NCBI RefSeq assembly: GCF_001194135.2
Contig: NC_068987.1
Coordinates: 17,438,689 to 17,493,547, forward strand
Direction of reading: 5' to 3'
Origin: Octopus bimaculoides
Lineage: Eukaryota
DNA: 54,859 bases
Every line of letters begins with the position of its first letter. The first letter of the stretch is position 1. The position numbers were made by a program, and so were the translations under genes. Below, one piece after another: positions 11,922 to 24,874 of this stretch. The notes under the pieces were generated by a model, which made no database searches, was not told the origin of the DNA, and saw only the letters and a program-made list of their open reading frames with translations.

Positions 11922-13649
11922 AGTACTTTACATTTCTTATACTTTTATATTAGAAACAGGCTTGACAAAACAGAGAATCATGACAGTTTGCCAACGAAAC
12001 ATTATGCTGAATATTTTAGTAGTGCGGCTCATATCTTGACAATGCTTGATTATTGCAGGTTGTTTCTTGAAAGCCATGGCCCACACCATCATATTATACA
12101 TTATACTAAATGTGTACTCCTATATTGAACAGTATATACGCAGAACATATTCGCATTCAAGTCTTTCTCCTGAACAAACGTGAATATTAAAATATACATA
12201 AAACAATGAACAAAGACTAACTTAATTAATTTTAGATTAAGCACCTCACTAATCGTTTGATAAATGTATTAATTAGGAAACATCAAACTAATTAGTTCAA
12301 TGTCTATAAATAATATATTAATTATTCAGTTGTTATTCAACTAGAAATTACAGTACCAATTATATCGCTTTCAAAATGTGCCATTTTAATGAGACGAACT
12401 TTATTTGCAGTACGCGTAATTTAGAAGATGATATTATGATGCTTTTCGACTATCAATATTCTAATATCGATATTCATATCAGTGGGATTAATTTTCTTCT
12501 CACAACTATTCAGGGAAAACTTTAATACGAGTCAAAATACACATGCTTATCTAGTGATGCTATACGCCGATATTGTATATAGCATATTAATCATCAAAAT
12601 TTAGTCCCACCAATATTCATTATATATTACGTTGTCCGTGGCAAAGCTGAAGGTCATAATCTACAAAGTATCATTGCGATTCTCAAGAATGTTCTCCCCT
12701 ACAAAATTCATGTCAGTATTTTCTGTGTTTATACAGTTTATTTCTAGTATGTCTTTATAAGAGCTTACAAAAAGTAACATCGATTACATTATACAAACGA
12801 ATGAATAGTAAATATGATATTGTGTGACTGGAGGATATCTACTGCCGTAATTGCACTAATGATTCAGTAGTTTAATACTAACAAATAAAGTGGCTTAATG
12901 ATCTTAAATAATAAGCTAGATTGTGATGAGTTACAGTCTTGAAGTGTTTACAAACGATTCTGAAAGTTAGAGAAAATGTCTACATTTCTCTTTCAGCTGG
13001 TCATCAAACGAAGATTTTTCTGAATGTAGGGGATTGAAAAATATGTAGAATAGTGAACAAAAGAAGTTTGTAGAATTTCGTAACATGTATTTGGAAAACC
13101 ATCTCATTTCTCATCTGGGTCTTTTTCACCTTTGTATCCATCATGACTCGACGGAAACCTTTTCAGTCCAACAATGGTGATGATATAATTTAGAATCATT
13201 TGCTTCCACCAAAATATGTGGACTTGTGCCATAGTCTGAAGACTATAGGAGACGAATGACCTAGCAGCTGTAAACTTAAGTATATAGTGGAAGAATAAAC
13301 AGATGGCTTTAGTTTAAATTACATTCATATGCAGCTTAATAAAATGTATATTTTGCTCTGAAAGTTATATGAAAGTTAAATTTGCATAGCTATACACAGA
13401 TATAAGATTCTATCTTTTATTATATTTATACATCTAAATGCGACGTACGGCTGAATGCCATTTATATGTAGTTTAATAGAATATATGTTATATGCTAGAC
13501 TAGCACAGTTAGACAGATACTATTTTATCTTTCATTATGAGTATACGTTTATCTTTCCTCTTATTTATCGATTGAATTTTTTGACTATATTTCATTGTTT
13601 CTTTGAGCTATTTCGATCGATAACCATCTTTGCTACCTTTCCTATTCGT

Positions 13650-15400
13650 TTCTGACATATTCGCATTAACATTTTCCTCTATTACAAGCAATGTTCTCAG
13701 TTAGCGTTATTTTTGTTCTGTTGTTGATACTGACCTTCGGATCAGTAGCAAAATCTTTTCATTTCTAACTCGATCCATCTAAGAAAATGCCCTTTCATTT
13801 AAATATTTTAAATTTCTATGTGTATGAGTCCGATATCTGTAGACCTATGAAAGCTGGTTTAATTTAATTATCTTTTAATCACTAAGATATACGTCTATAG
13901 AGTCATACAGCTGTTTGAAGTCCTGACCTTTATTTGTCTAAGAACATTTTATATCTAGGCTGTTGTCTGAAAGAATAGGTATTGTTAAACTGCGTAGTGC
14001 TTTCGTATGCTTGGATGCATTTAACCTAGAGTCCCAGACTATGTAAAATGCTTGTGGCGACATCATTCTTTGTCCATTACACTATACTTTTATATCCGAT
14101 AGGCAGTAATATCAGTGTAGAGTTTACGGGAATATGTTGGTTATATTTCTAAAGTGCTCCGAATTTATGTTTGATTTGTTGTTCGACAATAGATCTGACA
14201 TAAATATGGAGGAATTTAGATCAGACAGATTGGAATGCAGTAACTAATACTTTAGGTCCTCATATAATGCGATTTTTGTTACCTTAGTATCACTTCAATA
14301 AGCTGCGTTAACCTAAGCTATAAAATGTTTGAAGCATAATTGAGGCTGATTAGTATTGATTAGTATTTAAACTAAAATACTATGCTTTGCATATATTACC
14401 ATACGTCCATATATTTCTCTATATGCAAAGCTATCTTTTAAAGATGTATGTTCTTGTCATAAGTGACAGACCCGTTAATTTTCACATTGGAGAGATGTCA
14501 GTTTAGTATTCACTTAGCCTGATGCTTTATCAGACGTGATGTTAGGTAATTCTTAATGGTCTTTTATTCACTGCGGGGATTATTACAACCGTCAGTAGTA
14601 CGTTATATGAATAAATGATTGATATTTGACCAAGTGATTGATTCTCTTGAACTCTATAATTACGAAAAATTGTACAAAAACTGAGCGCCATTATAGATGC
14701 TATAGACGAAACCAAAATAGTCAACGGGAGTGCCAGGTCATGTTGCAATATCTTAGATGCAGTACACAATAGAATTTCTACAAATACTTTTGTATGATTT
14801 CTGATATTTAGTTTGGGAAGAGAACATATAACATTAATTTTGTTTTTGTATTACTAAGATATTTGAGAACATGATCTGTTCATGAAGCAAATTTTGTTAC
14901 TGGATATTATTCACCATTGAATCACGTTCACATATTAAATCCACATTTCGACCTTTCATCTGCGTACTCGTTTGTCTTACAGTATCATGTATTCTCATAT
15001 GTAATATATCTAAGTTAAAAAAATATCTTAATGTTGCATCTCTTGTATGCTCATGTATTCCATATAATTTTCATTGTGTCACATTTCGTTTATATGACTC
15101 GTCCAGTTTGTTTCTCTGAGGGATTTTTATTAGAGCTCAAATATCTCATGGTCTTAGCACAACACCTAAGAAGAGATTTATAGATTTACACAACCCATCT
15201 GTACCATTGTTGCTCAACGCAACCTGAGCTAACCATTCCGTAGTGTTGAAAAACAACTCATAACAGATGGTATAACCTAACAGAAGACAAAGACCACACA
15301 AGAACAATAAATACAGCTCAGAGACACCTACATGAAAATGCGAACCCACTGAAGCTAATGAGAAAAGACACCGCTGCCTATCCCCCAGGGCTAACCTTAT
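13650..15400 (-). mobile_element. Highly decayed RTE-like LINE (RT remnants, possible endonuclease remnants)
   Basis: Minus strand gives VLRQI..., then DFKQLYDSID (13893-13922; cf. RT motif DFKKAYDSI), then KVSINNRTKITLTENIACNRG (~13675-13740; cf. KVRVNG...F....GVRQG), in the expected order. Weaker endonuclease-like fragments lie upstream. Many stops; boundaries approximate. Confidence 0.5.
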
Positions 15401-15436
15401 GAAGTGCATCTTAATTCTTTTCACTTGAAGTAGCAG

Positions 15437-15495
15437 AAGAAGAAGAAGAAGAAGAAGAAGAAGAAGAAGAAGAAGAAGAAGAAGAAGAAGAAGAA

Positions 15496-15527
<32 letters not shown>

Positions 15528-15557
15528 AGAGGAAGAAGAAGAGGAAGAAGGAGGAGG
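15437..15557. repeat. (GAA)n/(GAG)n purine microsatellite
   Basis: Directly visible. Confidence 0.95.
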
Positions 15558-15837
15558 GGACAAAAAAATTGTCCAAGATTGATTAAGTTTATTTTAAGAA
15601 AATCACTCGTAATTCACATAACAATTTTCTGTATCTATACTTGTTAAGAATTTAAAGAATATATTTCTCATTATTTATAGTTCTCTAGCTGGCCCCGTGC
15701 CGTCAAAAATGACAGCTAATTGTAGTGATTTATATATAAATATGGATGGTAAATCAAATTAATACACTTGTCAATGTTCACATACATTCACCTACTTCCC
15801 TTGTGCATGTATACACATACACACATATACACACACA

Positions 15838-15993
15838 GAGTTCAAATTTCGCCGGAGTCGACTTTCCTTTCATTTCCTTTCCTTTCATTTCAGGATCGAT
15901 AAATTAAATCCCAGTTGCGTATCGAGGTCGATGTAATCGACTGGCTCCGCCTACCCCAAAATTTCGGGCCTTGTGTCAAGAGTACAAAAGATT
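15838..15993 (+). mobile_element. SINE family B, 5'-truncated (tail type ...ccccaaaatttcgggccttgtgtcaagagtacaaaag)
   Basis: gagttcaaatttcgccggagtcgactttcc core plus tail homologous to the copies at 22541 and 48455. Confidence 0.7.
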
Positions 15994-16110
15994 AACTCCT
16001 AGTTACGCCTAGTACGGATCTTTTTTCTTAGAACATCCAGCCCTGGCAGGGACAATAAAGAAAGTTATCTTTAGATGCAAGTACTGATTAATACAAATAA
16101 TGGCAACATG

Positions 16111-16253
16111 GACCTCAGTACTCAGCAGGTACTTATTTAATCGATCCCTTAATGGATGAAATGAAGAGTGGACCATGGCAGAAATTGTACGAGAAGACGG
16201 ACCAAATACCGCTGAACATTTTTACCGGTGTGCTAACAATTCTGCTTGCTCGC
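16111..16253 (-). mobile_element. SINE family B, degenerate
   Basis: caggtacttatttaatcgatccc...gtgtgctaacaattctgcttgctcgc is the reverse complement of core plus head. Confidence 0.65.
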
Positions 16254-17039
16254 ATTTATATATATATCCATGTCTGTGTGCGTATGTGTGTGCATGTATA
16301 TATATATATATGTATATGTGTGTGTATATATGTGTGTGCGTGTGTGTGTCTGTGTATGCTTCTTTTTGCTGGGAACATATTTACATTTATATTTCTTTCC
16401 CACTTTCATTCTTTTTGTTATCCATAGATTTTTTTGATATAACATATCACATCCATGTTTCATTTCGTAATACACGTTTATATTACATGCTCTTGGCATT
16501 CTCGAAATCCGCTTTATCATATAATGAATATCATTTCCGCTCCTGCTTGTCTATTGAATAATAGAATCTGTCGGAATTTTTTCTGAATAGTTACATCAAG
16601 AATCTATAGATCCGCTTAAATACAAAGGTACAAAAACATTATCACATATTCAAGAAATAAAATCACCATATAGCATGCCGTTAGATTTTGCTTCTTGGTC
16701 AAGCAACTTAGACTGGAATAAAGCTTACATTGCGGTGCCAACTTCTGACATCTCTGGTATATGTCTTTCTTGCGTACTGTATTTTTTAACTTTGGTCGGA
16801 CGAAAAGTACATTAATTATCAAATCTCGTAATTGAACTTTTCTCCATAATATCTCCTGCCATGCCGTACTGACTATTTTTTTTTATCTAACAAAAACAAA
16901 AAAAAAACGTCTAGAGAGATTTCGTGAGTGCAGAGTATGTCCTTGCATCATGACTGATTTGTACTATAAGATCGTTATCTATTTTGAGTTTGTGGAGATT
17001 AATTGAACATTTTATCTACAACGCGTTGCTATGACCAAC

Positions 17040-17096
17040 ACCACTACCATGACCACAACCACCACCATTATCATCATCATCATCATCATCATCATG

Positions 17097-17128
<32 letters not shown>

Positions 17129-17148
17129 AACCCTGATTATGCTGGTCA
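17040..17148. repeat. (ACC)n/(ATC)n trinucleotide repeat
   Basis: Directly visible; it produces the poly-Met ORF at 17012-17251. Confidence 0.9.
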
Positions 17149-17377
17149 CCAACATGAATGACAACATTTCCATCATTAACAATTCTACATTCTTTCCTTT
17201 ATTATCATAATTATCAACGTCACCATCATAGTTAATAGAATACAAGTACAACTAGGAGTAAACACCATATTTCATATAATATTACACAATTACACTTAGA
17301 CTCTTATTTCAGTAGTGCAGTTGTGTGCATTGTTTTCATTTGTATTGTTGTTTAGCTCGTGGTACGTCTTGATAAGT

Positions 17378-17773
17378 GGAGGCGCAATGGACCAGTGGTT
17401 AGGGCAGCGGAATCGCGGTCATAGGATAGCGGTTTCGACTCCCAGACCGGGCGCTGTGGGTGTTTATTGAGCGAAAACACCTAAAAGCCCCCCCCCCGAT
17501 GCTCAGGCAGGGGATTGTGGCGAACCCTGCTGTACTCTTCCACCACAACTTTCTCTCACTCTTACTTCCTGCTTCTGTTGTGCCTGTAATTCAAAGGCTC
17601 AGCCTTGTCACACTGTGTCACGCTGAATATTCCGGAGAACTACGTTAAGGGTACACGTGTCTGTGGAGTGCTCAGCCACTTGCACGTTAATTTCACGAGC
17701 AGGCTGTTCCGTTGATTGGATCAACTGGAACCCTCGACGTCGTAAGCGATGGAGTGCCAACAACAACAACAAC
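17378..17773 (+). mobile_element. tRNA-derived SINE, family C, full length with target-site duplication
   Basis: Box-A-like tggaccagtggttaggg and box-B-like ggtttcgactccc, with an (AAC)n tail. Flanked by acgtcttgataa (17364-17375) and acgtcctgataa (17772-17783), 11/12 identical, consistent with a TSD. Confidence 0.85.
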
Positions 17774-18972
17774 GTCCTGATAATGCAGACATATGAAGAA
17801 AAGCGCCCAGTGAGGGTCATCCGGTCTGATATATTTTCATAAATACTCAATTTTGGATTTTATTCCGTATGTCGTTTCTTCTTTTATGCCATTCTGCGGT
17901 GTAAGATTGATATTTGGTAGCAGTCTCCAGTAGATAAAATGGGTATCGCCATTGTCTCGCCTTTGAAAAACATAGAAACTGCTCGGTCTTTGTAAGTTGT
18001 GCAATGAATCTAACTATGTATTACCGAATCCTTTATATTCTCACATATTATATTCTATGTATGGTTACATTATCACATTTGTAAGACTCTGATATAGTAT
18101 TTAAGGGAAATAACGATGTAAATACTTAGAAAGGCCAATTTCTAGTCTTGATTTGTTGAGTGTAATGTAGAAAGATGAAGTTATACTACTTCAATAATTA
18201 CTATTAATTCTAAATTGTTAGGATTATGTCATTAACACTCGCCGTAGTCTTTTTATATAACACTTATCTATACTTTCTATAACATTTCCTTATTACCATA
18301 CAACCGTTAGTTGTATAGTAGTAGAGAAGAATTATATATTACATATAGTTCAAGAAGGAAGAGGAAGACATTTTCTTTCGGAGCAAATGTTGGACGTTAT
18401 TCTTTCAGTAGAATATTTTATTTCTGGAACAACATCTGGTTATATTTTGCGCACTAAAACTATGAATCCGCCTGAAAAACTTGATTGAGGAAGAATATGA
18501 TCATCTACGAAAGAGAAAAGAAGAATATACTATTATATAAATTGAAATACTCAATACAGCTCTTAAAAACAACTTCGTCTTTATGTATTACACTGTAGTA
18601 AGTGTTTGAAAAAATTTCCAACACCGAAAGCGTTAGAACGCAGTACGAATATTTACTTCTAATAGGTTCATGGCATTCTGTTTTTGTTTTAATTTTTACA
18701 TAATTAATTGTGCTTAATTTACGAAAATCAATATTTAAATATTGCAAGCTTATCAAGAAATCTGTACAAAGACTTACATACATACACACATACATACATA
18801 TGTACATACATAATACATACATACATACATACATACATACATACATGCATTCATACATATACATACATATATATATATATGTACATGTAAGTATACACAC
18901 ACAAGCACCACACATACACCCATTCACTTATACGTACATACATAAGTATATATACAGTCTATATATATATGT

Positions 18973-19032
<60 letters not shown>

Positions 19033-19473
19033 GTATGTATAGTATGTATACATGCATGATTATTATTTTTCCATAACCTTTTTCTTCTATTATACGACAA
19101 CAATGCGGGTGGGGGATACTATGGACACTTAAAATGATTCAAGAAAATAAAATGAACGAACAACTTTGTCCGTATATTAAAAGTCATTGTAGTGTTGTAG
19201 AGAAATAATGAACAAACAATTTAGAAGCGGGAGACTTTCATTGAATATCGGAAGCAACATATAAAAGCTTAATTTGATGAAATGGCTGAAATATATTTTT
19301 GACATAAATGTTGACAGCTGGAAATATAATTCCTACATAACTAAGTGCTATTGAATTATTTTAATACACATCATAATAGAGTGTACTGCGACCAGCTTGA
19401 AAAAGCAGAAGGTTGGCGCTAGCGGGATAAACAGGCTGTTGGATATTTCGTTCGTATACATATATACATACAT

Positions 19474-19509
<36 letters not shown>

Positions 19510-19730
19510 NNNNNNNNNNNNNNNNNNNNNNNNNNNNNNNNNNNNNNNNNNNNNNNNNNNNNNNNNNNNNNNNNNNNNNNNNNNNNNNNNNNNNNNNNNN
19601 NNNNNNNNNNNNNNNNNNNNNNNNNNNNNNNNNNNNNNNNNNNNNNNNNNNNNNNNNNNNNNNNNNNNNNNNNNNNNNNNNNNNNNNNNNNNNNNNNNNN
19701 NNNNNNNNNNNNNNNNNNNNATATACGATT

Positions 19731-19791
19731 GGCAGTGACTTCGAAGTTTTGGCCAGCTAAACTATCGTCCGACAATGGGTTAGCTGGCCAA
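19731..19791. repeat. Degenerate palindromic double-hammerhead element (relative of 24556-24674)
   Basis: Inverted arms 19749-19769 and 19771-19791 (18/21 identical). The minus strand reads CGGACGA-UAGUUUAGCUGGCC-AAAAC-UUCGAA-GUC-ACUGCC. Confidence 0.6.
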
Positions 19792-20473
19792 GCCTGAGTC
19801 GGATCTATGAATACTATGATTAAATTGAGGATTTGGTACTTACATATATGAGGTATCCTATCAACAGTTGGTACTTTCCCTGTTACTTTACCTCACTGTA
19901 GAACCTACGTTGTGGAACCAGCCTATTTCTGGCGTCCAACGTGCTGATGTGCTTAGATTCTCTTGAATGGTGCAACTGATCTTTATCTGTCTGTCCCTGT
20001 CTGTCTGTCTGTCCCTGTCTGTCTGTCTGTCTCTCTCTCTCTGTGTCCGTGTTGCGTAGCTTACAGGGGCTTAATGAGGAATATATCCCTTGTGGCCGGG
20101 CGACGCCGACACGTTACCCGCTTTGTGCTTAAATGAGGCATGGGTGATGGCGGAAGATGTGGTCACAAGCGATGCTGGGGAGGAATATGGATAAGAGGTT
20201 GAAAAGCATCAGGAGTTTGAAACCTTATTCTGTTTAAACAAAGTAAGAGGCGTAATGCCTCCTTTTTGTACCAATGAACAGTTTTAAGAGAGTTGTTGCC
20301 TCATATATTTGTAATAAGATGCTTTGTAATGACCCTGAGCCCAATAAGAACTTGTTTTATAATATAACACTGCTTTAGAGTTCAGCGGACGACTTCTGCC
20401 TTCTCCCATTAATATCATCGCGTTCATTATTCAGCTGTTTACGGCTTTCGTAGCCAATATAATGAAATAAAAT

Positions 20474-20615
20474 AGCTTGGTTAACAATCACATGGTTGCG
20501 GGTTCAGTCCCACTGCGTGACACCTTGGGTAGGTGTCTTCTACTACAGCCTCAGCCCGAATAAAGCCTTGTGAGTGGATTTTGGTAGACGGAAAGTGAAT
20601 CAAGCCCATCATATA
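20474..20615 (+). mobile_element. SINE family A, partial (runs into (GT)n and a gap)
   Basis: gggttcagtcccactgcgtgacaccttggg...ttggtagacggaaa matches the 3646 and 36774 copies. Confidence 0.8.
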
Positions 20616-20624
20616 TGTGTATGT

Positions 20625-20666
<42 letters not shown>

Positions 20667-20940
20667 NNNNNNNNNNNNNNNNNNNNNNNNNNNNNNNNNN
20701 NNNNNNNNNNNNNNNNNNNNNNNNNNNNNNNNNNNNNNNNNNNNNNNNNNNNNNNNNNNNNNNNNNNNNNNNNNNNNNNNNNNNNNNNNNNNNNNNNNNN
20801 NNNNNNNNNNNNNNNNNNNNNNNNNNNNNNNNNNNNNNNNNNNNNNNNNNNNNNNNNNNNNNNNNNNNNNNNNNNNNNNNNNNNNNNNNNNNNNNNNNNN
20901 NNNNNNNNNNNNNNNNNNNNNNNNNNNNNNNNNNNNNNNN

Positions 20941-21007
<67 letters not shown>

Positions 21008-21548
21008 GTAGAGAGCGAAGAGGCATACCAATGTGTATGTATGCACATGTGTGTATGTACGTGAGTATGTGCGTGTATGTGTGTTTGTTTAAGATATATG
21101 CTTCTGTGCATGTATACTTATGTGTCTATATATACGTTTATAAAGGTATATGTTTGTGCACGTAGATTTGTAGATATCGGGAAAGAGAACGAAAAAGGTA
21201 GGAATGTATACTATTCCTTTATCTATCTGGACGGTTTTGGCTTATGCTCGGTACAGTGTCTTATGTATGTGTGTGTATGTATACACACGCAGTCACACAC
21301 ACACGCACTCATATATATANNNNNNNNNNGAAATGTCTACCTCTCTGTCTGACTTTCTATAAGTGCATGGAAATGTATGTTTCTGCATGCGTGCGCAGTT
21401 TTATATTGAATTGAGGGATTATAGTTACAGATGCCAGATAATTAAAAATGATGGGCTTGTGGGAGGAAAGGGGAACAATCCGACCCATTTAAAGCACGTT
21501 TGTGGTCGAAACGTTCATAACTTTTATGTATTTATATTTCATTTTCCA

Positions 21549-21553
21549 ATAAC

Positions 21554-21613
<60 letters not shown>
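21549..21613. repeat. (AAT)n microsatellite
   Basis: Directly visible. Confidence 0.95.
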
Positions 21614-21614
<1 letters not shown>

Positions 21615-22540
21615 TAAGCAAACATAAAATGAAGAAAAAAAACGCGCATAAAATGCAATCTTGAACATTTAATATAGCAAAGAGATATTGGAAATAAAAA
21701 AAATTGATGATTTATAGTTGGTTTCAACAAATGATACTGTCAGACAGTCTTAATATTTGATTTGAAGGAATGAGGAATATAAAAATGACAGAATGTTTAG
21801 ATTGAAATAAAATATGTCGTTTATCTTAAAAATATTGGAATAGTCCTACAAAGTCTTTGAAGCACAAAGGCGTCTGAACCGCTTGTTATAGAATACATAT
21901 TGTGCATGTCTAATTGTATCTTTGTATGTATTTATGTACACACATACACACACACACCGCATGTATATATACTTGTATTCGCGTTTGTGTGTGTATTCGC
22001 TTTTCACGTGTATATGGCTGCACGAATTGAATTGCTTCCATAATCGGGATGCATGAATTATTTCATCTCTGATACATAACAGGCTCTTCACTTAATTTTT
22101 TTATTAGAAATAAATAATATTGCTTTATATGTATATGATCCACATCTTTAAAAAATGTTTCTTAATGTCAGCAAAGAGGCTAGTCTGTTTGCTTTGGCTA
22201 AGTCACAATGGTTTCTTATATTCTTCCTTCCCACTTGGATTGTTTATATGGAGTTACAACAGTAATATGTCCCACTGAAAGTAAATTTCAGTAAATTTTC
22301 TGTATCTTTGTGCAGCTGAAGATTACTCTGCATTTTACATTTAATGTAATCCTCGCATTGCTTAAATAAATGAAGTCGCATGAAACGATGGTACTGCAGT
22401 GACCTTGAATATCCTTGTTGCTCATTTAGATTTATATATATATATATATATATATAAACTTACTTGGAAAAGGATGCGTGGCGTTCGATCATATAATAAT
22501 ATAAATAATATATAAATATATGCATATATCCATACATATA

Positions 22541-22748
22541 TGGCTGCCAGACACGTTAGGACGCCTGGCGAAATGTTTAACCTTATTTCGTCTGTCTTCA
22601 TGTTTTCAGTTCATATTCTGGCAAGGTCGACTTTGCCTTTCATCCTTTAGGGGTTGATACATTATGTACCAGTCGCGTACTGTGGTCTATCTAATCAACT
22701 GGTCCCCTCCCCCAAAATTTCGGGCTTTGTGCCAAGAGTAGAAAAGAA
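22541..22748 (+). mobile_element. SINE family B (tail type ...cccctcccccaaaatttcgggctttgtgccaagagtagaaaagaa)
   Basis: Head cgttaggacgcctggcgaaatg; core aggtcgactttgcctttcatcctttaggggttgat. Confidence 0.8.
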
Positions 22749-24279
22749 GGTGCTGGAATGGGTGTGATTGTAACCTGAGAGAAAATGTATATCAGAATTC
22801 TGGAGAAACACGATAGAATGTCAACTATATTTAACGAAGCAAGATATACAAGTATAGAAATATAGTAAAGATACAAGTAATTTTTCAACAGGGGAGAGAA
22901 AACAACGAAAAGCATGTACTAGCCGACCTTTAATTAGTAACATCCTTTCAGCTACCTATAACACACAGGGCTTGATGCTGTATCGAATGAAGAATAATAC
23001 AATCGAAAATTTAGCTGCATGAATTATGGGAAGATATTGTTTTCTACATAAGAAGTCAATTCCCTCAGCCGCTCGCAGCACAGAGACAGCATCCATCAAA
23101 TTTCACGCCTCTATTTCTAAATATAAGACCGCCTTAAAAGAGAATATGACAAAAATATAGAATATCAATGTTGAACTATTCCAGTCTCTTGAGATGTGAT
23201 GTGATAAAGGTATTATACAGTTCGATGAAATATTGCGAAATTTATTTAGTCTAATGGTAATAGACAATGATATAAACTGAACAAAAGTAGTGGACTTAAC
23301 GAGAATTTAGTGTTTATAGACAGGAATAGGCTATTAAGTGAAATGAAAGGGAAAAACCGCTTTAGAATTTCAACATTTCGGCAAGTTATGTCATGGTCCA
23401 TCAGCGTAAGAATTTCAACATTTCAGTTAATGCAGTTTGTTTGTTAACTATGATACTGAACTTATTCCTAAAACGAGGAATTTTAAAATGCCACGAGACC
23501 GAACTCCATTTTTTTTAGCCAGTTGCTGCGGATCTGGTTATATCTATGAGCAAACAAAATACTGAGAGATAGAAGGAGCGTATGTTTTTATTAATTCTCT
23601 TCTTCCATAATTGCTCCCACAGCACAGTAAGAAATTAATTCAAGAGGACCTGGCAGATAACGATAGATTTTTGATACGTGCATATACATTACGAACGGAA
23701 GCGAATACATTGTAAAAGGAAGCGTGGACAAAAGGCAATGAATCAAGATTAGGACAAAATTCAATATAAGAAAAAATTAAAGGTACCAAATACATTAAAG
23801 TTATGACCTAACAAATAAGATCCCTCCAATTCCAGTGATACGTAGGAGTGTCAAGCACTGCATGTATTTATTGTGTTGCAATGAACCAAGGAACAAAACA
23901 ACTCTGTAAAACGAATGGCTCCCTTCTTAATAAATAGGCCTACTTTAGGTGTATTTATTAGGGAGTAATATGTATATATGTACATATGTATACGCACATC
24001 TGTGCATGCATGGCTGTCCAAAACACACGAACCAAAATATTTGATATTTTATTTACATTGTTATTTATTATTATAATCATTAAATAGTCATTTTCTCCAT
24101 AATGCAAAAGAACATGTGCATTCGTTGATATCTTAGTTATTTCATTCAATTTTAGAAAGGTTGAAACATGTCTGACAATTACGGAGCTTATTGAACTTAT
24201 TTTGAACGCAACTTTCCTAACGGCAGGAAACACGGATGAGGGCAGAGGCATCAAACCCCCTCCTCATTGATCAAATGCC

Positions 24280-24480
24280 TCTCTCCACATTTTCTACCTA
24301 TGCCGAGATCATGCAGTTTGTGACATATCATACCATGGTCGACTTTATCATAGGCTTTTACAAAGTCGAGATATATCACATCCACACTTGAATCATTTAG
24401 CAGCTGTTTTAACACCCTGTCGTAGCTGTTGCAAGAGCGTCTTTTTCAAGGAACGAGACTAGTTTCTCGCGGACTATTCG
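24280..24480 (-). mobile_element. CR1/L2-type LINE reverse-transcriptase fragment
   Basis: Minus-strand frame RRSCNSYDRVLKQLLNDSSVDVIYLDFVKAYDKVDHGMICHKLHDLGIG contains the canonical VD(V)IYLDF.KAFDKV.H RT motif. Confidence 0.8.
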
Positions 24481-24555
24481 TTGATGCCCCAACATAACTG
24501 CAGCTTTGAAGTTGAAACATTTTAAAGAATTAAAGAATATGTATATAAAATTCTA

Positions 24556-24674
24556 AAGCAAGGATATTATTTAATGTTACATCGAAGTTTCGGCCAGTTT
24601 AGCCATCGTCGGACTGTCCGATGATGACTTCATTGGTCGAAACTTCGAAGCCATAGTCAATAATATTCTTGCTT
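24556..24674. ncRNA. Palindrome encoding a type I hammerhead-ribozyme fold on each strand (variant core CCGANGA)
   Basis: Arms 24556-24614 and 24616-24674 align without gaps (46/59 identical, 1-nt spacer). Plus strand: GACUGU CCGAUGA U GACU-UCAUU-GGUC GAAAC UUCGAA GCC AUAGUC (24612-24658). Minus strand: GACAGU CCGACGA U GGCU-AAACU-GGCC GAAAC UUCGAU GUA AC. Confidence 0.7.
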
Positions 24675-24780
24675 AAGTATAATATATTTGTACTCTACAA
24701 AATATAGAGGAACCCATCAGATTACTATAAAACTGTTTATGATATAACTGAACATAAAAACAAACATATACATATAAATT

Positions 24781-24794
24781 TCTCTTTCTCTATC

Positions 24795-24874
<80 letters not shown>
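24781..24874. repeat. (CT)n microsatellite
   Basis: Directly visible. Confidence 0.95.

Noticed and set aside
17378-17460. tRNA-like heads here and at 3646 and 36774 as tRNA genes
   Set aside because: They continue into SINE bodies and tails, and I could not fold a complete cloverleaf.
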